In this document: positions 51,478 to 61,717 of the stretch, piece by piece
Layout of the letters: the number at the start of each line of letters is the position of its first letter
Numbering within the stretch: the stretch's first letter is position 1
Assembly (NCBI GenBank): GCA_035573915.1
Contig: DATLZQ010000019.1
Span: 1,573 to 65,572 of the forward strand
Reading direction: 5' to 3'
From: Actinomycetota bacterium
GTDB lineage: Bacteria > Actinomycetota > UBA4738
DNA: 64,000 nucleotides
Translations under genes and position numbers: made by a program
Notes under the pieces: model-generated
The model's input: only the letters and a program-made list of their open reading frames with translations
What the model was told of the DNA's origin: nothing
The model's database searches: none

Positions 51478-51795
51478 CTAGCACCCACGGGGCAGCCGGA
51501 GCTCCTCCCCCGGCCGGATGAGGCCGCCCTCCACCCCGTTGGCCGCGATCAGGCGGTCCACGAGGGGGCGGGGGTCGCCCTCCGGGCCGCAGAGGGCCCT
51601 GGCGAGCTCCCACAGCGTGTCCCCGGGCCTCACCACGTAGGTCCGGACGTCGGACGCCGTGCCGGCCGTCCGGCCCCCCGGTCCGAGGCTTCGCGCGGCC
51701 CGCTCCGCCCCTCCGGCCTGGCCCCCCGCGGACGCAGCCCACAGCAGGACCGCCCCCAGCACGGGTAGCATGAATCGAACGTTTGTCCCCTTCAT
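51478..51795 (-). CDS. Secreted LysM-domain protein
   Basis: Signal peptide MKGTNVRFMLPVLGAVLLWAASAGGQA followed by LysM YVVRPGDTLWELARAL...LIAANGVEGGLIRPGEELRLP. Divergent from lexA and shares its SOS-box region. Confidence 0.65.
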   Translation of the reverse strand: MKGTNVRFMLPVLGAVLLWAASAGGQAGGAERAARSLGPGGRTAGTASDVRTYVVRPGDTLWELARALCGPEGDPRPLVDRLIAANGVEGGLIRPGEELRLPRGC

Positions 51796-51809
51796 GGGCC
51801 CATCATCGG

Positions 51810-51852
51810 CGAACGCTCGTTCGACGTCAATGACATTTCGAACAGATGTTTG
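51810..51852. promoter_or_regulatory. Two LexA (SOS) boxes: CGAACgctcGTTCG (51810-51823, perfect) and TCGAACagatGTTTG (51838-51852, one mismatch)
   Basis: Read directly in the lexA/LysM divergent intergenic region. Matches the Gram-positive/actinobacterial CGAAC-N4-GTTCG consensus. Confidence 0.6.
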
Positions 51853-51898
51853 TGGCATGTCCGCCTCCGTGGTACCGTCGGCCCCGAAGGAGGTGCCC

Positions 51899-52519
51899 AT
51901 GCAGAACCTCACGCCACGCCAGCGCCGGATCCTGGAGTTCATCCGGCGGACCGTCGACGAGCGGGGCTACCCTCCCACGGTCCGGGAGATCGGCCGGGCG
52001 GTGGGGCTCACCTCTAGCTCCAGCGTCCACGCCCAGCTCGCGAACCTGGAGCGGCTGGGGCTCCTGCGCCGGGACCCCGCCAAGCCCAGGGCCCTCGAGC
52101 TCCGCCACCCCGCGACCGCCACCAGGCCCCGGGGGGTGAGCGTCCCGCTCGTGGGCCGGGTGACGGCGGGGCCCCCGGCCCTGGCCGAGCAGTCCGTCGA
52201 GGACTACCTGGTGCTCCCCTCCGGCTACGCCGACGCCGAGGGCCACTTCGCCCTCCGGGTCCGGGGGGACTCCATGGTCGGGGCGGGCATCCTCGACGGA
52301 GACGTGGTGGTGGTCCGCCGACAGGAGGCCGCCGAGGACGGGGCCATCGTGGCGGCCCTCCTCCCCGGGCCCGGCGAGGAGGAAGCCACGGTCAAGCGGA
52401 TCCGCCGCCACGACGGGCGGATCCTGCTCGTGCCGGAGAACCCCTCCATGGAGCCCATCGAGCTCCCCCCCGAGGGGCGCATCCTGGGCCGGGTGGTGGC
52501 CGTGCTCCGCAGGCTGTAG
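51899..52519 (+). CDS. lexA: LexA repressor
   Basis: MQNLTPRQRRILEFIRRTVDERGYPPTVREIGRAVGLTSSSSVHAQLANLERLGLL... The S24 peptidase half has ...VRGDSMVGAGILDGDVVVV... and ...KRIRR. GAAGGAGG RBS. Confidence 0.9.
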   Translation: MQNLTPRQRRILEFIRRTVDERGYPPTVREIGRAVGLTSSSSVHAQLANLERLGLLRRDPAKPRALELRHPATATRPRGVSVPLVGRVTAGPPALAEQSVEDYLVLPSGYADAEGHFALRVRGDSMVGAGILDGDVVVVRRQEAAEDGAIVAALLPGPGEEEATVKRIRRHDGRILLVPENPSMEPIELPPEGRILGRVVAVLRRL

Positions 52520-52585
52520 GCGGAGGACGGCCCGCCGGGCGGGAGACGGGCCGGGCCCCCCGGGCGGGGCGGGGACCGGTTGAGG

Positions 52586-53902
52586 CTAGGCGCGGGCCCG
52601 GGTGGCGGCGGGTTCCGCCAGGAAGGGCTGGACCCGGGGGAGCTCGGGCTCGGGGACCCGGGCCCGGACCAGGAGCCCCTCCGGCCTCTCCTCCACCGCC
52701 TCCACCTCGCCCGTGCGGTACAGCCGGGGCAGCACCTCGGGGCGGTCGTGGGGGACGAGCAGCGTGACCCGGACCGGGGGGCGAGGCAGGGTCTCGGCCA
52801 CCCGCCGGACCAGCTCGGGAAGGCCCTCCCCGGTGAGGGCGGACACGGGCACGCCCGACCGGAAGCGCCGGCGGACCCGGGCCCGCGAGGCCTCGTCCAG
52901 GAGGTCCCACTTGTTGAGGGCCAGGAGCTCCGGCACGTGGGCGGCCCCGATCTCCCCCAGGACCTCCCGGACCGCCTCTACCTGGGCCTCCAGGTGGGGG
53001 GCGGCCGCGTCGGCCACGTGCAGGACCAGGTCGGCCCTGGCCACCTCCTCCAGGGTGGACTTGAAGGCCTCCACCAGCTCGTGGGGGAGCTTTCGGACGA
53101 AGCCCACGGTGTCCGAGAGGGTGGCCCGGCGTCCCCCGGGCAGGTGCAGCCGGCGGGTGGTGGGGTCGAGCGTGGCGAAGGGCTGGTCGGCCACCAGGAC
53201 CCCGGCCCCGGTGAGGGCGTTCATGAGGGTGGACTTCCCGGCGTTCGTGTAGCCCGCCAGGGCCACCTGGGGGATCCCGGAGCGCTCCCGGGTGGCCCGC
53301 TTCACGTGCCGGCTCCTGGCCAGGTCGGCGATCTCCCGCCGGAGCCTGGCGATCCGCCGCTTGATCACCTGGCGGTCCACCTCGAGCTTGGTCTCCCCCG
53401 GGCCCCGGGTGCCGATCCCGCCCCCCAGCCGGGACATGGCCTCGCCCCACCCTCGCAGCCTGGGGACGAGGTAGTTGAGCTGGGCCAGCTCCACCTGGAG
53501 CTTGCCCTCCCCCGACCGGGCGTGGAGGGCGAAGATGTCGAGGATCAGCGCGGTGCGGTCGAGGACCTTCACCCCGAGGCGCTCCTCCACGTTGCGGAGC
53601 TGGCCGGGGGTCAGTTCGTCGTCGAAGAGGACGACGTCAGCCCCGGTGCTGTGCACGAGCTGGTGGATCTCCTCCACCTTCCCCCGGCCCACGAAGGTGG
53701 CGGGGTCGGGCCGAGACCGGGCCTGGACCACCCGCCCCACGGGCTCCGCCCCCGCAGCCCGGGCCAGCGCGGCCAGCTCGTCCAGGGAGCCGTCCTCCTC
53801 CCCTCGGGCCAGCCCCACCAACACGGCCCGCTCCAGGACCCGGGGGCGCCAGGTGGCGGAGAGGGGAGACTCCGACCCGATCGGTTCGGTCCGTCCCGTC
53901 AC
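52586..53902 (-). CDS. hflX: GTPase HflX
   Basis: HflX N-domain (...LVGL...GKVEEI...) and G-domain with G1 [21 protein letters not shown], and NKWD. The start is uncertain (GTG 53902). Confidence 0.85.
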   Translation of the reverse strand: MTGRTEPIGSESPLSATWRPRVLERAVLVGLARGEEDGSLDELAALARAAGAEPVGRVVQARSRPDPATFVGRGKVEEIHQLVHSTGADVVLFDDELTPGQLRNVEERLGVKVLDRTALILDIFALHARSGEGKLQVELAQLNYLVPRLRGWGEAMSRLGGGIGTRGPGETKLEVDRQVIKRRIARLRREIADLARSRHVKRATRERSGIPQVALAGYTNAGKSTLMNALTGAGVLVADQPFATLDPTTRRLHLPGGRRATLSDTVGFVRKLPHELVEAFKSTLEEVARADLVLHVADAAAPHLEAQVEAVREVLGEIGAAHVPELLALNKWDLLDEASRARVRRRFRSGVPVSALTGEGLPELVRRVAETLPRPPVRVTLLVPHDRPEVLPRLYRTGEVEAVEERPEGLLVRARVPEPELPRVQPFLAEPAATRARA

Positions 53903-54109
53903 GCCTCCCACGATAGGACGGCCGGGCGCCTCAGGCACCGCGGGTGAGGCGGAAAGTTCGGGAGGGCGTGGCCCCCGGCCCGCAAGAAAGCAGAGACACC
54001 TCACCCGATGCCCGGAAGCGCCCCGTTCCCGGACACGGCTGGTGAGGCGTCTCTGCCTCGGTTGGTTCCCCTCCCGAGGAGGCCTGAAACCTCCCCCGAG
54101 CGGACGACC

Positions 54110-55264
54110 TCACGCCAGGAGGCCCCGGATGCGGGCCATGGCCTCCTCGAGCCGGGCGTCGGGCACGGTGAGCGAGATCCGGACGAACCCCTCGCCCCGG
54201 GCCCCGTAGCCGGTCCCCGGCGCCACCACCACCCCGGCCTCCTCTAGCAGCTCCTCGGCGAAGGCCACCGACGAGCGCCCCGGCGGGGTGGGGACCCACA
54301 CGTACGTAGACCCCAGGGGCGGCTCCAGGGCCACCCCAACCTCCCGGAAGGCCTCCACTACCAGGTCCCGCCGCTTCTGGTAGACGGCCCGCATCGCCTC
54401 CACGTGGTCCTGGGGCCCGGTCAGGGCGGCCACCCCCGCCCGCTGCACGGCGTTGAAGATCCCCGAGTCCACGTTGGTCTTGATGGTCCCCAGGTACCGG
54501 ATGGCCTCGGCGTTGCCCGCGGCCCAGCCGATCCGCCAGCCGGTCATGTTGTAGGTCTTGGACAGCGACCCGAACTCCACCGACACCTCCTTGGCCCCGG
54601 GGGCCTGAAGGACGCTCGGGGCCAGGAACCCGTCGAAGGTGACCTCCACGTAGGCGGCGTCGTGGCACAGGAGCAGGTCGTGCCGGCGGGCGAAGGCCAC
54701 GGCCTCCTCGAAGAACCCCACCTCGGCCACGGTCGCCGTGGGGTTGCTCGGGTAGTTGAGCCACAGGAGCTTGGCGGTCGCCCCCGGCGAGAGAGCCCCC
54801 AGGTCCGGGAGGAACCCGCGCTCCGGCTCGAGGGGGACGGGGACCGCCCGCCCCCCGGCCAGGGCGGCCCCGATGGCGTAGACGGGGTACCCGGGGTCGG
54901 GGACCAGGACCTCCTCCCCCGGGTCCACGAAGGCCCAGGTCAGGTGGACCAACCCCTCCTTCGAGCCGATGAGCGGGAGGACCTCGGCGTCGGGGTCCAG
55001 GGACACCCCGAACCGCCTCTCGTAGTAGTCGGCCACGGCCCGCCGGAAGGCCGGGAGCCCGAAGTAGGAGGGGTACCGGTGGGTGGAGGGGTCCTCCACG
55101 GCCTCCTGGAGGGCCTCCACGATGTGGCGGGGCGTGGGGAGGTCGGGGTCCCCCACCCCCAGCGAGATGAGGTCCACGCCCGCCGCCCGCTTCTGCTCGA
55201 TCTTCCGGTCGAGCTCGGCGAAGAGGTACGGGGGGAGGTCCAGGACCCGGCGGGAGGGCCTCAC
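54110..55264 (-). CDS. dapL: LL-diaminopimelate aminotransferase
   Basis: Class I aminotransferase with the DapL-typical N-terminus LDLPPYLFAELDRKIEQKRAAGVDLISLGVGDPD, and ...SKTYNMTGWRIGW (PLP Lys). GTG start. GTGA-coupled to dapF. Confidence 0.8.
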   Translation of the reverse strand: MRPSRRVLDLPPYLFAELDRKIEQKRAAGVDLISLGVGDPDLPTPRHIVEALQEAVEDPSTHRYPSYFGLPAFRRAVADYYERRFGVSLDPDAEVLPLIGSKEGLVHLTWAFVDPGEEVLVPDPGYPVYAIGAALAGGRAVPVPLEPERGFLPDLGALSPGATAKLLWLNYPSNPTATVAEVGFFEEAVAFARRHDLLLCHDAAYVEVTFDGFLAPSVLQAPGAKEVSVEFGSLSKTYNMTGWRIGWAAGNAEAIRYLGTIKTNVDSGIFNAVQRAGVAALTGPQDHVEAMRAVYQKRRDLVVEAFREVGVALEPPLGSTYVWVPTPPGRSSVAFAEELLEEAGVVVAPGTGYGARGEGFVRISLTVPDARLEEAMARIRGLLA

Positions 55265-56139
55265 CGGGCTCCCTCCGCGCCGGCCTCCCCGAGCCACGCC
55301 GGGTCGAGCTCCCCCTCGTAGACCCGGATCGCGGGGCCCGTGAGCAGCACGTGGCCGTCCCCCTCCCGCCACTCCACCGTGAGCAGGCCCCCCGGGAAGC
55401 GGACCCGGGCCCGCCGGCCGGTGAGCCCCGCCAGCGAGGCCGCCACCAGGGCCGCGCAGGCCCCGGTCCCGCAGGCCAGGGTCTCGCCGGAGCCCCGCTC
55501 CCACACCCGGGCCGCCACCGCCCCGTCCTCCACCTTCACGAACTCCACGTTGGTGCGGGCCGGGAACTCCGGCCAGCCCTCGACGAGGGGCCCCAGCCGG
55601 GCCACCTCCACGCCCTCCAGCTCCTCCTCGGGGGGCAGGAACAGGACCACGTGGGGGTTGCCCATGGAGAGGGCGGTGGCCCGGAACCGCCGCCCCGCCA
55701 CCTCGAGCTCGGCCCCCACGAACCGTTCCCCGGGCTCACCCGCCATAGGGATGGCCGCCCGCTCGAAGGCTGGCGGGCCCATGTCCACCGTGACCTCCCG
55801 GGCCACCCCGTCCTCCACCTCCACCACGACGTGCTTGAGGCCCGCCCGGGTGGCCACCCGCAGCTCCCGGCTGGCGGTGAGCCCCCGGTCCACGACGTGC
55901 TTGGCCAGGCAGCGGATGCCGTTCCCGCACATCTCGGCCACCCCGCCGTCGGCGTTGTAGTAGTCCATGAAGAAGTCCGCTCCGTCGGCGGGGGCGATCC
56001 GGATGACGCCGTCGGCCCCCACCCCCGTCCGCCGGTGGCAGACGGCCGCCACGAGCTCGGGGCTCAGCCGCCGCCGGTCCTCGAGGTCCTCCACGAGGAC
56101 GAAGTCGTTGCCCGTCCCGTGGTACTTGGCGAACCGCAC
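55261..56139 (-). CDS. dapF: Diaminopimelate epimerase
   Basis: FAKYHGTGNDFVLV... and ...EMCGNGIRC... and ...ACGTGACA are the two catalytic Cys motifs. Confidence 0.85.
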   Translation of the reverse strand: MRFAKYHGTGNDFVLVEDLEDRRRLSPELVAAVCHRRTGVGADGVIRIAPADGADFFMDYYNADGGVAEMCGNGIRCLAKHVVDRGLTASRELRVATRAGLKHVVVEVEDGVAREVTVDMGPPAFERAAIPMAGEPGERFVGAELEVAGRRFRATALSMGNPHVVLFLPPEEELEGVEVARLGPLVEGWPEFPARTNVEFVKVEDGAVAARVWERGSGETLACGTGACAALVAASLAGLTGRRARVRFPGGLLTVEWREGDGHVLLTGPAIRVYEGELDPAWLGEAGAEGAR

Positions 56140-57086
56140 TAGCGTCCCCCCCGCCCCGCCCCGGCCGGGACGGAGCGTCCGAGGTAGGCCAGGAGCTCGT
56201 CTACGATCCCCACGGCCCCCTCCTCCCCGGCCCGGAACCACCGGACCCGGGGGTCCCGACGGAACCAGGCCAGCTGGTGGCGCACCAGGGCCTTGGTCCG
56301 ACGCACCGTCTCCACCAGGGCCTCCTCCTCGGTCATGACGCCCTCCAGGACGCCCAGGGCCTCAGCGTAGCCGATGATGCGGGAGGTCCGGACGAAGGGG
56401 GCCAGCCCCGCCGCCACCAGGCGCCGGGTCTCGTCCAGGATCCCGGGGTGCTGGCGGCGGGCCCGCTCCTCGATCCGCCGGTAGAGGACCGGCCGGGGGA
56501 GGTCCACTCCGGCCGCCACCACCGCCTCCGGAGGGTAGCGGTCCCAGGCCCGGGCGAAGCTCGAGAACGGCCTCCCGGTGAGGGCCATGACCTCGAGGGC
56601 CCGCACGGTCCGCCGGACGTTCCGGGGGTCGATGCGGCGGGCCGCCTCGGGGTCGGCCTCCTGCAGGCGGCGGTGGAGGGCCTCCGGGCCCAGGACCAGA
56701 GCTTCGGCCTCCAGGAGCCCCCGCAGGAGGGGGGAGGTCCCGGGGAACTCCAGCCCGTCCACGACGGCGCGGTAGTAGAGTCCGCTCCCGCCCACCAGGA
56801 GGGGCGTCCGGCCCCTGGCCCGGATGGACGAGACGGCCTCCCTGGCCAGGCGCTGGAACCGGGCCACGGAGAAGGCCTCCCCCGGCTCCGCCACGTCGAG
56901 GAGGTGGTGGGGGACCCGGGCCCGCTGCTCCGGGGTGGGCTTGGCCGTCCCCGCGTCCACCCCCCGATACACGGTGGTGGAGTCCACCGAGACGACCTCG
57001 GCGTCCAGGGCCTCGGCCAGCCTGACCGCGGCCTCGCTCTTCCCGGCCGCGGTGGGGCCCACAAGGGCGAGGAGCGGGGCCCCCAT
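56139..57086 (-). CDS. miaA: tRNA dimethylallyltransferase
   Basis: LLALVGPTAAGKSEAAVRLAEAL (P-loop) ...VGGSGLY... The TAG stop overlaps the dapF GTG by 1 nt. Confidence 0.85.
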   Translation of the reverse strand: MGAPLLALVGPTAAGKSEAAVRLAEALDAEVVSVDSTTVYRGVDAGTAKPTPEQRARVPHHLLDVAEPGEAFSVARFQRLAREAVSSIRARGRTPLLVGGSGLYYRAVVDGLEFPGTSPLLRGLLEAEALVLGPEALHRRLQEADPEAARRIDPRNVRRTVRALEVMALTGRPFSSFARAWDRYPPEAVVAAGVDLPRPVLYRRIEERARRQHPGILDETRRLVAAGLAPFVRTSRIIGYAEALGVLEGVMTEEEALVETVRRTKALVRHQLAWFRRDPRVRWFRAGEEGAVGIVDELLAYLGRSVPAGAGRGGR

Positions 57087-57091
57087 GCCCG

Positions 57092-58483
57092 TCAGCCGAC
57101 CCGCTGCAGGCTCCCCGAGAGGGAGGCGGGCGCCGGGGCCCACCGCGGGAGCTCGGTCACGGCGAGGAGCTCCCCGTCCAGGTGGTGGGGGTGGGCGCCG
57201 GTCACCCGGACCCGGGCGAAGGTCCCCGGCTCCAGGGCCCCCTCGAAGTGGACCACCTTGTTCGTCCTGGTCCGGGCCTGCAGGCGCCCCTTGCGCCCCT
57301 CCCCCTCCACGAGGACCTCGACCTCCCGGCCCAGGAGCTCCCGGTTGCGCTGGAGGGAGATCCGCTCCTGGAGGGCCACCAGCCGGTCGAACCGCTCCTG
57401 CACCACCTCCTTGGGGACCTGGTCCGGGTAAGAGGCGGCGGGGGTGCCGGGCCGGGGGGAGAACTGGAACGTGAAGGCGGCGTCGAACCGGGCGGCCTCG
57501 GTGACCCAGAGCGTGTCCTCGAAGTCCGCCTCGGTCTCCCCGGGGAACCCCACGATGATGTCGGTGGTCACCGCCACGCCGGGGATGGCGGCCCGGATCC
57601 GCTCCAGCCAGCGGAGGTAGCGCTCCGAGCGATAGGACCGCCGCATCCGGCGCAGGATCCGGTCCGAGCCCGACTGGAGCGGGAAGTGGATGTGCTCGCA
57701 GACGGGCTCGCACTCGGCCATGGCCTCCAGGACGTCTTCCGTGAAGTCGTGGGGGTGGGGGCTCGTGAACCGGATCCGGCGGATCCCCTCCACCTCCGAG
57801 ACCGCCCGAAGCAGGGCCGCGAACAGGGGCCGGCGGCTGGAGCCGGGGACCGTGAGGTCCCGCCCGTAGGTGTTGACGTTCTGCCCGAGGAGGGTGACCT
57901 CCACCACTCCCCGGGCGGCCAGCCCCTGGACCTCGGCCAGGACCTCCCCCAGGGGACGGGAACGCTGCGGGCCCCGCACCAGGGGCACGATGCAGAACGT
58001 GCACCGGTTGTCGCAGCCCACGGAGACCGCCACCCACGCGTGCCACGGAGACCCTCGGCGGGCGGGGAGGGCGCTGGGGAAGACCTCGGTGTACTCCCGG
58101 ACGTCCATCTGCGGCCCCTCCCGCTCCGAGCGGCGCAGGAGCTCGAGCAACGAGGGGAGGGCGTGGGTCCCCACCACCACGTCCACCCACGGGGCCCGCC
58201 GCTGGATGAGCCCCCGGTCCTTCTGGGCCAGGCACCCAGCCACCACGATCCGCAGCCGGGGGTTGCGCTCCTTGACCGCCTTGAGGTGCCCCAGCGTCCC
58301 GTACAGCCGGTTGTCCGCGTTCTCCCGCACGGCGCAGGTGTTGAGGACGACCACGTCGGCGGCCCCGGGCTCCTCGGCCTCGCGGTACCCCTCGGACTCG
58401 AGCAGCCCGGCGATCCGCTCCGAGTCGTGCTCGTTCATCTGGCAGCCGAACGTGCGGATGAGGTAGCGGCCCACGGGAGGCAC
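57092..58483 (-). CDS. miaB: tRNA-2-methylthio-N6-dimethylallyladenosine synthase (radical SAM methylthiotransferase)
   Basis: [16 protein letters not shown] (UPF0004 domain), radical-SAM CDNRCTFC, C-terminal TRAM. Start GTG 58483 with GGGCGGGGG upstream (58474 is an alternative). Confidence 0.85.
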   Translation of the reverse strand: MPPVGRYLIRTFGCQMNEHDSERIAGLLESEGYREAEEPGAADVVVLNTCAVRENADNRLYGTLGHLKAVKERNPRLRIVVAGCLAQKDRGLIQRRAPWVDVVVGTHALPSLLELLRRSEREGPQMDVREYTEVFPSALPARRGSPWHAWVAVSVGCDNRCTFCIVPLVRGPQRSRPLGEVLAEVQGLAARGVVEVTLLGQNVNTYGRDLTVPGSSRRPLFAALLRAVSEVEGIRRIRFTSPHPHDFTEDVLEAMAECEPVCEHIHFPLQSGSDRILRRMRRSYRSERYLRWLERIRAAIPGVAVTTDIIVGFPGETEADFEDTLWVTEAARFDAAFTFQFSPRPGTPAASYPDQVPKEVVQERFDRLVALQERISLQRNRELLGREVEVLVEGEGRKGRLQARTRTNKVVHFEGALEPGTFARVRVTGAHPHHLDGELLAVTELPRWAPAPASLSGSLQRVG

Positions 58484-58653
58484 TGTAGCAGCCCCCGCCC
58501 AGGTCTCGGGGGCGGGCGGGCCCTCGGGCCGGCCCTCCCAGCCGGCCGCCCGGCCGCCTGCGTGACCGGCGTCCTCGGACGGCTCCTTTTTAGGGAACCC
58601 CCGTCCCCGGGGGGGCCGCGTGGGCCACCAAGGCCCCGGGGAGGACGGCCACC

Positions 58654-59166
58654 CTAGCCGACCGGCGCTCCCGGGGCGGCCGGGGCGGCCCTGGTCCCGA
58701 AGAACCCGCCGACCAGCGCCACCACGCCGGCCACCAGGGCCACCCAGGCCCCGGGGCCCACGTCGGAGACCCCGCCGCCCGCCCGGGTGGCCTGCACCAC
58801 GAAGAGGATGGACCCGGCCACGGCAACGGCTCCGGCCAGCCGGGTCAGCCACCCGGACCGCGGGGCCAGCCCCACGATGGCCAGCAGGCCCAGGACGATC
58901 GCGGCGAAGCCCACGGTCTCAACGAAGCTTCCCGTGCTCGCCCCGAAGGCCCCCTCGTCCCAGAGGGACCGGACGTCCATGTTGACCCCGCTCCGGCCTC
59001 CGGTCCAGGAGAGGAAGGCGCTCAGGACGAGCCCCGCGGCGCCCGCCAGGCTGAGGAGCACCCTCGCCCCCAGGCTCGCCCAAAGGGCCGCCCGGCTGGA
59101 GGCGGGGACCGTGGGGTGGGCGTGGGCCTCCCCGTGGGTGTGCGGTTCCGGTGCGTGCGCAGCCAT
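58654..59166 (-). CDS. Membrane protein with His-rich N-terminus ([18 protein letters not shown]...) and 4 TM helices
   Basis: ATG with GAAGGAGG RBS. Translation ...[19 protein letters not shown]...[17 protein letters not shown]...[12 protein letters not shown]...[16 protein letters not shown]. Confidence 0.45.
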   Translation of the reverse strand: MAAHAPEPHTHGEAHAHPTVPASSRAALWASLGARVLLSLAGAAGLVLSAFLSWTGGRSGVNMDVRSLWDEGAFGASTGSFVETVGFAAIVLGLLAIVGLAPRSGWLTRLAGAVAVAGSILFVVQATRAGGGVSDVGPGAWVALVAGVVALVGGFFGTRAAPAAPGAPVG

Positions 59167-59281
59167 CGCCTGCCTCCTTCGCTCGACGTTGGCTTGGTTC
59201 CCAGAAGGGGCAGGGACGAAACCCGCCCGCCGGGGCACCGGCCGGCGCGCCCCGGCGGGTCCCGCTTCGGGCCGGCCCGGG

Positions 59282-60817
59282 TCAGCGGGCGTACTCGACG
59301 GCCCGGGTCTCCCGCACCACCGTGATCTTGATCTGGCCCGGGTACTGGAGCTCCTCCTCCACCTGCTTGGCGATGTCCCGGGCCAGGACCTGGACGGCCA
59401 GGTCGTCCACCTCCTTGGGCTTGACCATGACCCGGACCTCCCGGCCCGCCTGCATGGCGAAGGTCTTCTCCACCCCGGGGTAGGAGGTGCAGATCTCCTC
59501 GAGGCGTTCCAGCCGCCTCACGTACTGCTCGATGGACTCCCGGCGGGCCCCCGGCCGGCTGCCCGAGATGGCGTCGGCGGTCTGGGCCAGCACGGCCTCG
59601 ATGGTCCGCTGCTCGACCTCCCCGTGGTGGGACTCGATGGCGTGGACGACCTCCGGCGGCTCCTTGAGCCGGCGGGCCAGCTCCGCCCCGATGAGGGCGT
59701 GGGACCCCTCGACCTCGTGGGTGACGGCCTTGCCGATGTCGTGCATGAGGGCGCACCGCTTGACGAGCTTGATGTCCAGGCCCCCGAGCTCGGCGGCCAG
59801 GGCCCCGGCGATGTGGGCCGACTCCACGAGGTGCTTGAGCACGTTCTGGCCGTAGGAGGTCCGGTACTGGAGCCGCCCCAGGACCTTGACCATCTCGGGG
59901 TGGACGTCGGTGATGCCCACCTCGGCCAGGGCCTCCTCCCCGGCCCGTCGGATCTGGTCGTCCACCTCCTTCACGGCCCGCTCGTACATCTCCTCGATCC
60001 GGGCGGGGTGGATCCGGCCGTCCATGACCAGCTTCTCCAGCGTGAGCCTGGCCACCTCCCGCCGCACGGGGTCGAAGCAGGAGAGGACCACCGCCTCCGG
60101 GGTGTCGTCGATGATGAGGTTCACCCCGGTCAGGGCCTCGAAGGCCCGGATGTTCCGGCCCTCCCGGCCGATGATCCGCCCCTTCATGTCGTCGGAGGGC
60201 AGGGGGAACACCGACACCGTGGACTCGGCCGTCTGCTCCGAGGCCACCCGCTGGATGGCGATGGTCACGATCTTCCGGGCCCGGCGCTCCCCCTCCTCCC
60301 GGGCCCGCTGCTCGATCTCCCGGACCGTGGCCATGGCCTCCCGCTTGGCCTCGTCCACGATCTGGGCCACCAGGGCCTCCTTGGCCTCGGCCACCGTCAT
60401 GTGCGCCACCCGCTCGAGCTCCCGCCGCTGGGCCGTCACGAGCTCCTCGAGCTCGGCCCGCAGGCGGGCCACCTCCCGCTGGGCGGCCTGGATGGCCTGC
60501 TCCCGCCGGTTGAGGTCGCTGGCCTTGGTCTCCAGCTGCTCCTCCCTGCGGGCCAGCCGCTCCTCCCGCCGCTGGACCTCCGCCTGCCGGGCCCTGATGT
60601 CCTCCTCCGCCTGCCGCCGCATGGCCGAGATCTCCTCCTTGACCTCGACCAGAGCCTGGCGGACCCGGGTCTGGGCCTCGGCCTCGGCCTCCGCCACCAG
60701 CCGGACGGCCCGGTCCTCGGCGGCCCGCACCCGCCGCGAGACCACCGCCCGGCGGACCGCGTATCCGGCGCCGGCGCCCACCAGGAGCGCCGCCACCGCC
60801 ACCAACGCCTCCGTCAT
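59282..60817 (-). CDS. rny: Ribonuclease Y
   Basis: N-terminal TM, long coiled-coil, KH domain (...GRIIGREGRNIRAFE...) and HD domain (...HDIGKA...). 511 aa. Confidence 0.9.
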   Translation of the reverse strand: MTEALVAVAALLVGAGAGYAVRRAVVSRRVRAAEDRAVRLVAEAEAEAQTRVRQALVEVKEEISAMRRQAEEDIRARQAEVQRREERLARREEQLETKASDLNRREQAIQAAQREVARLRAELEELVTAQRRELERVAHMTVAEAKEALVAQIVDEAKREAMATVREIEQRAREEGERRARKIVTIAIQRVASEQTAESTVSVFPLPSDDMKGRIIGREGRNIRAFEALTGVNLIIDDTPEAVVLSCFDPVRREVARLTLEKLVMDGRIHPARIEEMYERAVKEVDDQIRRAGEEALAEVGITDVHPEMVKVLGRLQYRTSYGQNVLKHLVESAHIAGALAAELGGLDIKLVKRCALMHDIGKAVTHEVEGSHALIGAELARRLKEPPEVVHAIESHHGEVEQRTIEAVLAQTADAISGSRPGARRESIEQYVRRLERLEEICTSYPGVEKTFAMQAGREVRVMVKPKEVDDLAVQVLARDIAKQVEEELQYPGQIKITVVRETRAVEYAR

Positions 60818-61081
60818 CGTCTCCTCCTCAAACGAAACGCCGAGCGAGGAGGCCTGGGGGCCACCTGGCTCGGCGACGTTATGGAAACAGGGGCGGGGCG
60901 GCTACCTCGCCTGTCTACCCCCGTCCGTTCTCGCTTCTCCGCGTCCCGTTCGAATGCCCAGGAAAACGAGCGTCACGTGTCGTATCCGAACTCGGTTGGT
61001 CCCGTAGACCTCTCTCTAATTCACAAATCTACGGCGACCAGCCCCAGCTTGCAATAGGCCAGTTGGCCGGCCGGAGGCGGG

Positions 61082-61104
61082 CCCGTCCCGCCTCCCTCCT
61101 GACC
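61082..61104 (-). terminator. GC-rich hairpin (9-bp perfect stem GGAGGCGGG/CCCGCCTCC, 5-nt loop) 25 nt downstream of recX
   Basis: Read directly. No U-tract follows on the minus strand, so it may be a factor-dependent or structural element. Confidence 0.3.
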
Positions 61105-61128
61105 CTGGCCGCCTCCGACCGCCTGGGC

Positions 61129-61620
61129 TCAGCCCTCGGGCGGGGGCTCCAGCTCCTCGGGCCCCTCCGCCCCCAGGGCCTCGCGACAGGCCCGGGCCGC
61201 GGCCGCCGGCGGGAATCCCCGCCGGACGAGCAGGCCGTACAGCTTTCGGAAGGCGTCCTGGGGCGGCAGGCCGGCCAGGCTCCGGGCCCTGCGTCGGGCC
61301 AGCTCCCGGGCCCGGGCGCCCTCCTCCCCGGCCTCCTCCAGGGCGGCCTCGGCCACCTCCCGGGCCACCCCCCGCTCCCGCAGGGCGGCCAGGATGGCCT
61401 GGTCCCCCACCAGCCGCCGCCCCCCCCGGTCCCGGGCCAGCTCCCGGGCGAAGCGCTCGTCGTCCACGAGCCCCAGGCCCCGGAGCTCCTCCAGGGCCCG
61501 GCTCACCTCCTCGGGCCCGTACCCCAGGGCCAGGAGCCGCCGGCGGAGCTCCTCGCCGGTCCGCCACCGGGCGGACAGCAGCTTGAGGGCCCGTTCCTTG
61601 GCCGAGGGCCGTCGGGCCAC
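61129..61620 (-). CDS. recX: Recombination regulator RecX
   Basis: Three-repeat helical RecX pattern (...RALKLLSARWRTGEELRRRLLALGY..EEVSRALEELRGLGLVDDERFA...), located immediately downstream of recA. Confidence 0.8.
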   Translation of the reverse strand: MARRPSAKERALKLLSARWRTGEELRRRLLALGYGPEEVSRALEELRGLGLVDDERFARELARDRGGRRLVGDQAILAALRERGVAREVAEAALEEAGEEGARARELARRRARSLAGLPPQDAFRKLYGLLVRRGFPPAAAARACREALGAEGPEELEPPPEG

Positions 61621-61717
61621 GGACCTCCCCTGGCCAGGAGGGCCGGGCCCTGGTCCGCCCCCCGCGGGAGCGCCCGGGTCGATGGCCCGGCCGGGGGCCG
61701 GCCGGCCCCTTCCCCGA

